A stretch of 64,000 nucleotides of DNA. It comes from Macrostomum lignano (Eukaryota). The stretch is taken from assembly GCA_002269645.1 (NCBI GenBank), contig NIVC01000814.1, forward strand, positions 186,001-250,000, read 5' to 3'. A program made the translations under genes and the position numbers. Below, one piece after another: positions 30,816-42,603 of the stretch; position 1 is the first letter of the stretch; every line of letters begins with the position of its first letter. The notes under the pieces were generated by a model. It was not told where the DNA came from, did not search any database, and worked only from the letters and a program-made list of their open reading frames with translations.

Positions 30816-33800
30816 ATGGCTACCAAAGATGAGGCAACCCTGTTGCTAACAACAGGTAAAATTATTGATTTTATGGCTACATTTTGCAATTTACTTTTTG
30901 TGTTAAATTTATCATCTATAAATCTGCTTCTAGAAGAGGCCGATCTGCCATCGGAGCGACTGTTTGCCGAGTGCTTGCGGCTGCTTTTGCATCGGTACGG
31001 CATTGCCTTCACGGAATCCAGGCTTCGCAACTGCGAATGGGTTTCGCCTACCGGTGAGGGCAATCCCTGATTGGCTGAAACCCATCTAGTCAGCCCCTGA
31101 TTGGCTGAAACTTATCTAGTCAGCCTTTGATTGGCTGAAACCCATCTAGTCAACCCTTGATTGGCTGAAACCCATCGAGTCAACCCCTGATTAGCTGAAA
31201 CCCATCTAGTCAGCCGTTGATTGGCTGAAACTCATCTAGTCAGCCCCTGATTGACTGAAACCGATCTAGTCAGCCCCTGATTGACTGAAACCCATCTAGT
31301 CAGCCCCTTATTGGCTGTAACTCATCTAGTCAGCCCCTTATTGGCTGTAACTTATCTAGTCAGCCTCTGATTGGCTGAAACTCATCTAGTCAGCCCCTTA
31401 TTGGCTGTAACTCATCTAGTCAGCCCCTGATTGACTGAAACCCATCTAGTCAGCCCCTGATTGACTGAAACTCATCTAGTCAGCCTCTGATTGGCTGAAA
31501 CTTATCTAGTCAGCCCCTGGTTGGCTGTAACTCATCTAGTCAGCCTCTGATTGGCTGAAACTCATCTAGTCAGCCCCTGATTGGCTGAAATTCATAGTCA
31601 GCCCTGATTGGCTGTAACTCATCTAGTCAGCCCCTGATTGGCTGTAACTCATCTAGTCAGCCCCTGATTGGCTGAAACTCATCTAGTCAACCCCTTATTG
31701 GCTGTAACTTATCTAGTCAGCCTCTGATTGGCTGAAACTCATCTAGTCAGCCCCTTATTGGCTGTAACTCATCTAGTCAGCCCCTGATTGACTGAAACCC
31801 ATCTAGTCAGCCCCTGATTGACTGAAACTCATCTAGTCAGCCTCTGATTGGCTGAAACTTATCTAGTCAGCCCCTGGTTGGCTGTAACTCATCTAGTCAG
31901 CCTCTGATTGGCTGAAACTCATCTAGTCAGCCCCTGATTGGCTGAAATTCATAGTCAGCCCTGATTGGCTGTAACTTATCTAGTCAGCCTCTGATTGGCT
32001 GAAACTCATCTAGTCAGCCCCTGATTGGCTGTAACTCATCTAGTCAGCCCCTGATTGGCTGTAACTCATCTAGTCAGCCCCTGATTGGCTGAAACTCATC
32101 TAGTCAACCCCTGATTGGCTGAAACTCATCTAGTCAGCCCCTGATTGGCTGAAACTCATAGTCAGCCCTGATTGGCTGAAACTCATTTAGTCAACCCCTG
32201 ATTGGCTGAAACTCGTCTAGTCAGCCCCTGATTGGCTGTAACTCATCTAGTCAGCCCCTGATTGGCTGTAACTCATCTAGTCAGCCCCTGATTGGCTGAA
32301 ACTCATCTAGTCAACCCCTGATTGGCTGAAACTCATCTAGTCAGCCCCTGATTGGCTGAAACTCATAGTCAGCCCTGATTGGCTGAAACTCATTTAGTCA
32401 ACCCCTGATTGGCTGAAACTCGTCTAGTCAGCCTCTGATTGGCTGTAACTCATCTAGTCAGCCTCTGATTGGCTGAAACTTATCTAGTCAGCCTCTGATT
32501 TAGCTGAAACTCATCTAGTCAGCCCCTGATTGGCTGAAATCGCTTCTAGTTCCTTATTGGCTGAACCACTTTCGGATTTCTGATTTGCTGACACCCTCTC
32601 GACATTTGCTGACACCTCTTCGCGAACATCAAGTTTTTAGCCGTTAGTCACAATTTATCACACATCACGAATGCTTCGCAGGCTTATCGCCAGTAATTCA
32701 CCACGAAGGCCAACTAATGACCGACTTTGCCTGCATTTGCGATCATTATCAGCGCAGTCGTGGCCTTCAAAGTCCGCTGCCGGGCGCCTCTACCGGCGGC
32801 GGCGGCCAGGGTCCCGATGGAGAGGCGCAGGGCCAGTCTAAAGTCCTTATGGCTACTGTTCAGTCCTATATCAGCGCATTCAGCTCATCGATATCTTGTC
32901 TGATAGATCACCTGACCTGGATACTGGATTCAACCTATTCTAATATTACTAAACCTCGCTACGCATCCGGTATGGTTAGGCCACTCGCTTGGCTGCTTCC
33001 CGGCCAGGCAAGGTCCCGAGTTCGAGCCCGTTTAGACGCCGTCGGATGGCTAAAAAATCAACAGGTGTGACCTTTTTTGTCAATGTATTTTATATCAATC
33101 TTGACATCTGCTGTTCCGTGTTTGACATTCTTTCCTTCGTTCGTTTCTTGTTGCGAGCCTCTGTCCTCGGCTGACCTCTTTTGTCCACGGCTGACCTCTT
33201 GTCCTTGACTGACCTCTCTTGTCCTCGGCTGACCTCTATTGTCCTCAGCTGACCTTTTTTGTCCTCGGTTGACCTCTCTTGTCCTCGGCTGACCTCTCTT
33301 GCCCTTGGCTGAGCTCTTTTGTCCTCCGTCTCGATCGACCTCTCTTGTCCTCCGTCTCGATTGACCACTTATCCTCCGTCTCGATTGACCTCTCTTGTCC
33401 TCCGTCTCGATTGACCACTTGTCCTCCGTCTCGATTGACCTCTCTTGTCCTCCGTCTCGATTGACCACTTGTCCTCCGTCTCGATTGACCACTTGTCCTC
33501 CGTCTCGATTGACCTCTCTTGTCCTCCATCTCGATTGACCACTTGTCCTCCGTCTCGATTGACCTCGCTTGTCCTCCGTCTCGATTGACCTCTCTTGTCT
33601 TCGATTGACTTTTAGTCAATAGTTGCCCCTTTTAAGTAGACCTATTTTTCTTCTCTGTTCTCCTATTGTTTACGAACGTACAGTTGACCTCGTTTATATC
33701 CTCAGCTGATCCTATGCTATGTGTATAGCACAGAAAATTGTCAATATGTCAGATTTTTAGACTGTCAGTCTGTCAGCCTGTCAGAATGTCAGTCTGTCAG

Positions 33801-34153
33801 ATTATCTGACTGTCCGATTGTCAGACTCAAATTGTCAGACTATATGTGTGGTGGTGCATTACTTGATATCTAGGTAAACTAGGTAATCCAAACTCCTGCA
33901 ACATCCGCAGGCAAGCGAAGAGGCCAGCTGGTTATTCTCATCTCTAGGCCTGCTAGCCAAAGAGCAAACAACTGGTCACCTGCTCAATAGTGCTCAGCCA
34001 ACCGGCCTAGACTGCCTAGCCTGCGGTCTGGTCACCTTTGCACTGGCCTGTAAGCACGAGATTGGCTGCGAGATTCTGTACGAACTGGTTTTGGCTCAGC
34101 CAGACTTATTGGCTTATCAGAAAGCTCTGGTGCCTAGGCTAATGCCTAGGTAA
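30816..34153 (+). CDS. MTX2: Metaxin-2-like mitochondrial outer-membrane (SAM complex) protein; exons 30816-30855, 30934-31053, 32682-33064, 33911-34153 (261 aa)
   Basis: The spliced product has NCEWVSPTG (cf. metaxin NAEYMSPSG), ITKPRYAS..RPLAWLL, RARLDAVGW and QPTGLDCLACG (cf. PTELDALVFG). Phases are 1, 1, 0 and consistent; the length matches metaxin-2. Confidence 0.75.
31074..32540 (+). repeat. 30-nt minisatellite (ctgattggctgaaactcatctagtcagccc), about 49 copies, metaxin intron 2
   Basis: Direct inspection; each unit has an internal ggctga/tcagcc inverted repeat. Confidence 0.97.
33165..33610 (+). repeat. Pyrimidine-rich 22-26-nt minisatellite (ctccgtctcgattgacctctcttgtc), metaxin intron 3
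   Basis: Two related unit types, 5' block and 3' block. Confidence 0.9.
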
Positions 34154-34867
34154 TATAGTGCTAATCATTTCTAGGCTTTTTCCTACTGTCGTTTGTTAGT
34201 TGCTCTTTAAAGTTATTCGTTACGATTTCTAGCATATATAGTACTCTAAAGTAGTAAATAGTTGCATTTTTATGTTAAAAATTTAACTTGCAGGGTTTGT
34301 TGGCGTTTGATTATTTAAACATTTTTGTTTTAAGTTATTAACTAAATTGGGCATCAATCATTACACAGAGCATTCCTGTGTTAGTCTATCTGATATTATT
34401 ATTGCTAATTTGAAGTATAGAATATAATCCATCTTCAAATAAAGTGCGATTTTGGCCACCAGTGAGAATGATTTTCTAAAGAAATGTCTTCCTACCATGG
34501 ATACTTAAAAGTTTTAGAAGTTAGGTTTTTGATATTGTAACTGTATTTAGTTAAATAGTTTGTGTAATACCAATAATAACATCTTTGCGCCCAATATAGT
34601 TTGTCGTTAATAATTATTTCCTTAGTTCAATGACTCGTTAATTGTTAGAATACATAAGTGCTAAATTAGAAGAATTAGTAAATTGAAAATTGGTTTAATA
34701 TTTTCTATAATAGTTTATTTTCGCTCTTACTGAAGGAGGCTGTTAGTGTCTGTTATTTTTTAACCTTTTTTGAATAATTAAAGTGTTAAGGTGTACTCTG
34801 TGTAGTTTAGTAGATGGCATGTATACAGTGGATCAAATTTGTTGGTATAGTGTTGGTTAATCAGGGG

Positions 34868-35540
34868 TATCTGTTGCTAGACAGTGATATCTGTTACTAG
34901 GCAATAGAATCTGTTGCTAGACAGTAGGATTTGTTGCTAAACAGTGGGATCTGTTGCTAGGTAGTGGGGTCTTTTGCTAGGCAGTGGGATCTGTTGCTGG
35001 GCCGTAGGATCTGTTGCTAGGTAGTGGGGTCTGTTGCTAGGCAGTGGGATCTGTTGCTAGGCAGTGGGATCTGTTGCTAGGCAGTGGCATCTGTTGCTAG
35101 GTAGTGGGGTCTTTTGCTAGGCAGTGGGATCTGTTGCTGGGCCGTAGGATCTGTTGCTAGGTAGTGGGGTCTGTTGCTAGGCAGTGGGATCTGTTGCTAG
35201 GCAGTGGGATCTGTTGCTAGGCAGTGGGATCTGTTGCTAGGCAGTAGGATCTGTTGCTAGGCAGTGAGATCTGTTACGTAAGCAGGGGTATCTGTTGCTA
35301 GGCAGTGGCATCTGTTGGTAGGCAGCAGGATCTGTTGCTAGGCAATATGATCTGTTGCTAGGCAGTGGCACCTGTTGCTAGGCAGTAGGATCTGTTGCTA
35401 GGCAGTGGGATCTGTTGCTAGGCAGTGGCATCTGTTGCTAGGCAGTGGCATCTGTTGCTAGGCAGTGGCATCTGTTGCTAGGCAATGGGATCTGTTGCTA
35501 GGCAATGGGATCTGTTGCTAGGCAATGGGATCTGTTGAGT
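34868..35540 (+). repeat. 20-nt minisatellite (ctgttgctaggcagtgggat) between metaxin and FAF2
   Basis: About 33 units. Confidence 0.95.
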
Positions 35541-35679
35541 AGGCTGGTCGATCTGTTTGGTACACAAATTTTTTCTACATATTTCTGCCACAGTTCACAG
35601 TGTCGCATTATTTTCGTTATTGACCTGAAACTACTGCGGCCGTCTATTAATCTTACCTAAGCCTGCGCAGAGCCAATCA

Positions 35680-38600
35680 ATGTCAGACGAAGAAGTGAAT
35701 TTATCGGCAACATCGAATGCCGCCAGAAGCTCGGAATTAAAAGAAGATGCAGCCAAGAAAAATTGCAATAATGCCCAAACAAATAGCGACCAGGATGATT
35801 TAAATGACGCAGAAGAGAATGGGCAGCAGCAGCAGCAGCAGCAGCAAAACAATGACGAATTAGCTAGCAGTTCGGAAGATTCCGACGAAGCAGAAAAAGA
35901 AGAAAACGACTACGAGGAACAATTATCGATGTCGCAAACTGAGACTCTGCTGCATTATCAGCAGATATCCGGCTTAGAGCTGCCGCAATGTCGTCGTCAA
36001 CTGGAAGAGGTCGATTGGGATCTGATGCAAGCTACTGATCGCTTATTCGGCGGTAGCGTTGGTAACTTGCAGCAGCAGCGGCAGCAGCAGCAGCAACATA
36101 ATTCTTCTTCCTCAAATTCCTCCAGCGCCGGCGCTTCTTCTATAGTTTATCAGCGCCGATCGGTGGCGCCAGCGCCGGCGCCGCCTCCACTGCTAGCGTC
36201 GGACTCTCGGGCCCGTCTAGTGACCGCAGCCGGACCGGGCAGCGGTCAGCACAGGCCGCAACAGGCTCCGGTGGGCTGGTTCCGCTGGATTGAGAGTATC
36301 GTTATGCTTCCATTCCGATTCTTTAGCCACTCTGTTGGGTCTTTGTTGCGCTTTGTATTGTCCATTCTGCGCCCTGCCGCTGTGGCTGCAGCCCCGCGCC
36401 GGCCAGTGGTGGATCCAGTTGGCGATGTCCGACAGTTCTTGGAGCAGTTTGAGCAGCTGTACGGCGAGCAGCATCCCGTCGTTCGAGTGTGCTCTTACAG
36501 TCAGGTGCGTTTGATTTTAAGAACTGGGATTCGATAAGCAACCAAGTTTGTTTCTTAGAATTGGGAAGCAACCAAGTTTGTTTCTTAGAATTGGGAAGCA
36601 ACCAAGTTTGTTTCTTAGAATTAAAAAACAGCCACGTTTGTTTCTTAGAATTGGGAAGCAACCAAATTTGTTTCTTAGAATTGGGAAGCAACCAAGTTTT
36701 TTTCTTAGAATTGGGAGGCAACCAAGTTTGTTTCTTAGAATTAAAAAACAGCCACGTTTGTTTCTTAGAATTGGGAAGCAACCAAATTTGTTTCTTAGAA
36801 TTGGGAAGCAACCAAGTTTGTTTCTTAGAATTGAGAAGCAACCAAGTTTGTTTCTTAGAATTGAGAAGCAACCAAGTTTGTTTCTTAGAATTGAGAAGCA
36901 ACCAAGTTTGTTTCTTAGAATTGAGAAGCAACCATGTTTGTTTCTTAGAATTGAGAAGCAACCAAGTTTGTTTCTTAGAATTGAGAAGCAACCAAGTTTG
37001 TTTCTTAGAATTGAGAAGCAACCAAGTTTGTTTCTTAGAATTGGGAAGCAACCAAGTTTGTTTCTTTGAATTGAGAAGCAACCAAGTTTGTTTCTTTGAA
37101 TCAAGAAGCAACCAAGTTTGTTTCTTTGAATCAAGAAGCAACCAAGTTTGTTTCTTTGAATTGAGAAGCAACCAAGTTTGTTTCTTTGAATCAAGAAGCA
37201 ACCAAGTTTGTTTCTTTGAATCAAGAAGCAACCAAGTTTGTTTCTTTGAATTGAGAAGCAACCAAGTTTGTTTCTTTGAATCAAGAAGCAACCAAGTTTA
37301 TTTCTTAGAATCAAGAAGCAACCAAGTTTGTTTCTTAGAATCGAGAGGCAACCAAGTTTATTTCTTAGAATCAAGAAGCAACCAAGTTTGTTTCTTTGAA
37401 TCAAGAAGCAACCAAGTTTGTTTCTTTGAATCAAGAAGCAACCAAGTTTGTTTCTTAGAATTGGGAAGCAACCAAGTTTGTTTCTTAGAATCGAGAGGCA
37501 ACCAAGTTTGTTTCTTTGAATCAAGAAGCAAATACGTTTACGATCGTAAAGTGACTAACATTAATAATCAGTGCAACTTATACAATCCATGATTTCAGGC
37601 ACTTGACGCTGCCAGAAATGAGCTGCGCTTCCTTCTAGTTTATCTCCACGCCGAGAGCCACCAGGACACCGACCAGTTCTGTCGTCAAGTGCTAGTTAGC
37701 GAAGTTTTCAGCGCATTTTTGCAAGCCTCGGGCATCAATTTCTGGATGTGCTCAATTAGCAGTCCGGAGGGGGCTCGAGTGTCGCAGGTGAGTGTAATGA
37801 GTCGCGCCTTCTGTAATCGCCATTAAGAATCGCCTCTCCTTAATCGCCATTAGGGATCGCCCCTCACGTAATCGCCATTAAGAATCGTCCCTCCCGTAAT
37901 CGCCATTAAGAATCGTCCCTCCCGTAATCGCCATTAAGAATCGTCCTTCCCGTAATCGCCATTAAGAATCGTCCCTCCCGTAATCGCCATTAAGAATCGT
38001 CCCTCCCGTAATCGCCATTAAGAATCGTCCCTCCCGTAATCGCCATTAAGAATCGTCCCTCCCGTAATCGCCATTAAGAATCGTCCCTCCCGTAATCGCC
38101 ATTAAGAATCGCCTCTCCTGTAATCGCCATTAAGAATCGCCCATAATCGCCATTCAGATTCGCTCCATAATCGCCATCAAGAATCGCCCCATAATCGCCA
38201 TCAAGAATCGCCCCATAATCGCCATCAAGAATCGCCCCATAATCGCCATTAAGAATCGCCCCATAATCGCCATCAAGAATCACCCCATAATCGCGATTAA
38301 GAATCGCCCCATAATCGCCATCAAGAATCGCCCCATAATCGCCATCAAGAATCGCCCCATAATCGCCATTAAGAATCGCCCCATAATCGCCATTAAGAAT
38401 CGCCCCATAATCGCCATTAAGAATCGGCCCATAATTTCCATTAATAATTGCCCATTAATCGCCAATAAGAATCGCCCATTAATCGCCATATCGAATCTTA
38501 TCAAAATGTTCATCCCTACACTGGCCAGGCCCTTCGCGAGACCGGCTACCCATTCCTGGCGCTCATAGTGCTCAAGCAAAGTCGCATGACTGTCGTAGCC

Positions 38601-40163
38601 CGATTCGAGGGCCTGCTCAGCCTGGAGCAGCTGCTAGCCGAATTAGACGCGGCCGTCACAGATTTCGAGCCTTATCTGGCCGAGGAGAGGGCTCGCCGCC
38701 AGAGTCTGGAAATGAATAGGCGGCTTATCGAAGAGCAGGATCAGGTTCGGGCTTGAGAATTTCATATTCATTTTAGCTTGTTGTTGGCTTTTTTAGAAAC
38801 CTGCTAATCTCTTCATTTTTGTTTCTTGTGTTGTGAGATTCGATCATTCTTGGATTAGATTATTCTCAGGTGAGATTTGATCGTTCTCATGCTTGGGATT
38901 TACTGAATTCCATGCGTGTGATTTAATCATTTTGCGTGAGATTAGATTGGCTCGCCCAATCAGGTGAGATTTGATCATTCTCAGGTGAGATTTGATCATT
39001 CTCAGGTGGGACTAGATCATTCTCAAGTGTGAGATTCGATCATTCTTAAATGTGAGATTCGATCATTCTTGGATGTGAGAATCGATAATTCTCAGATGAG
39101 ATTCGATTATTCTCAGGTGAGATTTGATCATTCTCAGGTGAGATTTGATCATTCTCAGGTGGGACTAGATCATTCTCAAGTGTGAGATTCGATCATTCTT
39201 GGATGTGAGATTCGATCATTCTTGGATGTGAGATTCGATCATTCTCAGATGTGAGATTCGATCATTCTCGAATGAGATTCGATTATTCTCAGGTGAGATT
39301 TGATCATTCTCAGGTGGGACTAAATAATTCTCAAGTGTGAGATTCGATCATTCTTGGATGTGAGATTCGATCATTCTTGGATGTGAGATTCGATCATTCT
39401 CAGATGTGAGATTCGATCATTATCAGGTGAGATTTGATCATTCTCAGGTGAGATTTGATCATTCTCAGGTGAGATTAAATTATTCTCAGGTGAGATTTGA
39501 TCACTCTTAGTTGGGACTAGATCATTCTCAAGTGTGAGATTTGATCATTCTTGGATGTGAGATTCGATCATTCTTGGGTGTGAGATTTGATTATTCTCAG
39601 GTGAGATTTAATTATTCTCAGGTAAGATTCGATCATTCTCAGGTGAGATTTAATCATTCTTAGGTGAGATTTAATCATTCTTAGGTGAGATTTAATCATT
39701 CTTAGGTGAGATTACCCCATTCCTCCCCCTCCGCCCCCTTTCCCAGGCGTACGCGGCTGCGCTCGCCCAAGACCGGGAGCGCGAGGAGCGGCGCCAAGCC
39801 GAAGAGGCTGAGCGCAGCGCCGAACGGGACGCCAACGAGCGCCGTAGAGAAGAGCGCCAGCGCGAGCTGGCCAGACTGCGCGACCTGCTGCCGGCCGAGC
39901 CGTCAGCCGACGAAGACGGCGGCGCAACAGTGAAGCTGTCTGTCCGGTTGCCGGGCGCCTCAGACAGGTTGGAGCGCCGGTTCCGGCTGGGCGAGCCAAT
40001 CCAGTATCTGCACTATTTTATTAAACTGCAAAAATTGGCGCCCGAACGTTTCTCGGTGTGCACCAGCTTCCCGAAGCGCGTTCTGCCAGTTGAAGGCACT
40101 TTTAAAGAGGCCGGATTAACCCAGGCTGAGGTTCTGTTTGTTATGGACGATGACGACGAATGA
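35680..40163 (+). CDS. FAF2: FAS-associated factor 2 / UBXD8 (UBA - hairpin - UAS - coiled coil - UBX), p97 adaptor; exons 35680-36504, 37599-37787, 38529-38744, 39747-40163 (548 aa)
   Basis: UBA-like LLHYQQISG..WDL, hydrophobic hairpin WFRWIESIVMLPFRFF, UAS motif ELRFLLVYLH..HQDTDQFC, ALRETGYPFLALI, and UBX domain RLERRF..TSFPKR. All introns are phase 0, GT-AG. Confidence 0.92.
36535..37530 (+). repeat. 30-nt minisatellite (accaagtttgtttcttagaattgagaagca), FAF2 intron 1
   Basis: About 33 units; explains ORFs 36323-37592. Confidence 0.97.
37810..38480 (+). repeat. Compound minisatellite, 28-nt then 24-nt unit (taatcgccattaagaatcg core), FAF2 intron 2
   Basis: The period changes near 38130. 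Confidence 0.93.
38830..39712 (+). repeat. 20-22-nt minisatellite (gtgagatttgatcattctcag), FAF2 intron 3
   Basis: Period 21 at 39424/39445/39466. Confidence 0.95.
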
Positions 40164-40388
40164 GTTTGATAATAATAATTTGCTGATAGACTAACCTGTG
40201 TGTGTGGATTTCTCTCTCTTCTGCTTTCGCTGTGTGTGTGCAATTTTTGGCATGTGTGATTTTTTAGCTAAGAAGTTCTCACACTGGATCGCGATGCAAG
40301 GCGGCTTCTTGAATGCGGCTTTTTGTTTAGTCGAAAGTGCGCCGCTTTTTGTTAGGATTTGTTGTTTGATTATCATTCGTAAGGATAT

Positions 40389-40680
40389 GGACAGGCAGAT
40401 TCAGAGATTGGGCAGGCAGATTCAGAGGTTTGACAGGCAGATTCAGAGGTTTGACAGGCAGATTCAGAGGTTTGACAGGCAGATTCAGAGGTTTGACAGG
40501 CAGATTCAGGGGTTGGACAGGCAGATTCAGGGGTTTGACAGGCAGATTCAGAGATTGGACAGGCAGATTCAGAGGTTTGACAGGCAGATTCAGAGGTTTG
40601 ACAGGCAGATTCAGAGGTTTGACAGGCAGATTCAGAGGTTGGACAGGCAGATTCAGGGGTTGGACAGGCAGATTCAGGGG
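40389..40680 (+). repeat. 21-nt minisatellite (gacaggcagattcagaggttt), 3' of FAF2
   Basis: About 14 units. Confidence 0.95.
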
Positions 40681-42603
40681 TAGTGGAAGCGGATAGGAGA
40701 GAAATTCCTATCTTTTCTAAATTTACGGGTATCCGTAAAATTCTGGAAGCACTGAAATATTTCAGAATTGGCTTCTCTGGTAAGAGTATTAAAACAAATA
40801 TGCTAATATGCATCAATGCTTACTACAAGTATATCATTCATCTTTGCCTATCGCCTAATTCGTTTAGTCTCTGATGGTCTCTGTAATTTTATTTATACTA
40901 CTGTTCTGCTCTATATATTCTGAAGCACGACTACCGGACTTCATCAATTAGCAGTTTTCAGTCCGAATTGAATTTCCAAATTTCTGTTCATTATTTTTGT
41001 CTTTTCTTCTGATACTTTTAATCCTGCTTAAAATACTGCTTGTTTTGATGTTGATTGCTGCTTATAACGTTTGAATTTTGTGCTTTTTTCACTTATTTTT
41101 TAAGGAGCGGTTCAAACAGATGCTATACTACTCATAAGTAATGGATTTTGATTGTTTCGAACTGCGAAGCTTCTTCGAATGAACTACACTTTCGTTTATT
41201 TCACGCAAGTTACCTTGTATATTGCATATATATATATAAGTTGTATTACTTCTATATCAATTAAAATGATTTCTTGGCTAATTTTTTTCTCCAATTTAAA
41301 ACGAAACAAAAACAATTCAGTGTAAGCATTAAGCTGTACCATACTACTATTAGTACCTCTATCAAACAAAGTATGTGAGTAGAGGTAAATTGTCTGTTTA
41401 AATTTTTTGGCCATTCTTTTTCGTTCACTGTCTGTCTTTCTGGCTGTCTCTCTGTCAGTCAGTTTCATCCATTATATATTAGCAGTAGTTTACCTTGAAA
41501 TGTTTGGTGTTTTTTTTCTATTTGGCAACCTTCCGTTTACGAGTAATGTATATTTTTAATTCATTGTTTGCTGTGGCTATAAAATTCTATTGATCCTTAT
41601 AACCGATTAAAGGTAGTCTTTTCTGTTCATTGCATCACATGCATGCGCACATATATAGTTATAAATATTTTGATTTCATATGTGTCTGGATCAATTCTGC
41701 ATTAGCTGTGCGCCTTGAGTTTATAACAATTTAAATCACATAATAGAGACCAGTCTGGTTAAAGCTTTGTAATTTATGTAGTGTATATTGTTGCTTTAAT
41801 CTGCTCTGTCTGTCCTAGTTTCTCACTGCCGTAAGCCTCAGTGTACTATTTAGCTCATTTAAACTATTTGTACCAATAAGTTTCATTGGTGTGTACTATA
41901 ATACTCGTACTAAGGCAGATATTCATCTCACTCATGAGTGAGTTTCCATCTCACTCATTAGTTCATTCAATGTGACGCGGGTCATCCGAACTTAACACAA
42001 CCTTTCAATTCTGCTCTTTTCCCTTCCTAAGAAATATAATAAGTTTAAATACACAGACAAGGGTTGTGCCTCTGATATTCAGTTTTCAAAAATCTTATAA
42101 TTACTCTGTGTTCAAGAAACAAGAGGCACCTGCAACTATTGAAATCTGAAATACAGTCTGTTGTAATGACGCTGTTTTGCGACGTGCACAGTTTATTTTC
42201 TGTTTTAAAAGTATTCATATGTATATAAGAGGATAAAACCTCTTATATATAAGAGGAAAAAACTTTTAACCAAATGTTGACCAATATTGGGCAGCTTGGA
42301 GTGTGATAAAAATCGCCATAGAAAATACCCTTGAATAATTGAATAACCCTTTAACTATTCTTATCTAGTAAATTAAAAAAGCTTTAAACAAAACATAGCA
42401 TAACGAATAACAAGGATGCGGTAAACAAGGACGCGAACGCTCATTTCCTAGACAATGTTACGGTAAAAATTAGAAATATTTATTTATGAACAAGCTGCAC
42501 TGTTAAGCATGCCACCAGCGCAAGATATCGTAGAAACGTAAAGCAGCTCGACTCGAACACACACCGACCATACCATTCTACATAGCTTCGATGACAATGA
42601 ATT

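Noticed and set aside
36323-37592. Four overlapping ORFs of 173-367 aa
   Set aside because: 30-nt array inside FAF2 intron 1; the flanking exons splice cleanly around it.
41196-41468. 90-aa AT-rich ORF faintly recalling a transposase C-terminus
   Set aside because: No catalytic motif or termini; composition is like the FAF2 3' flank.
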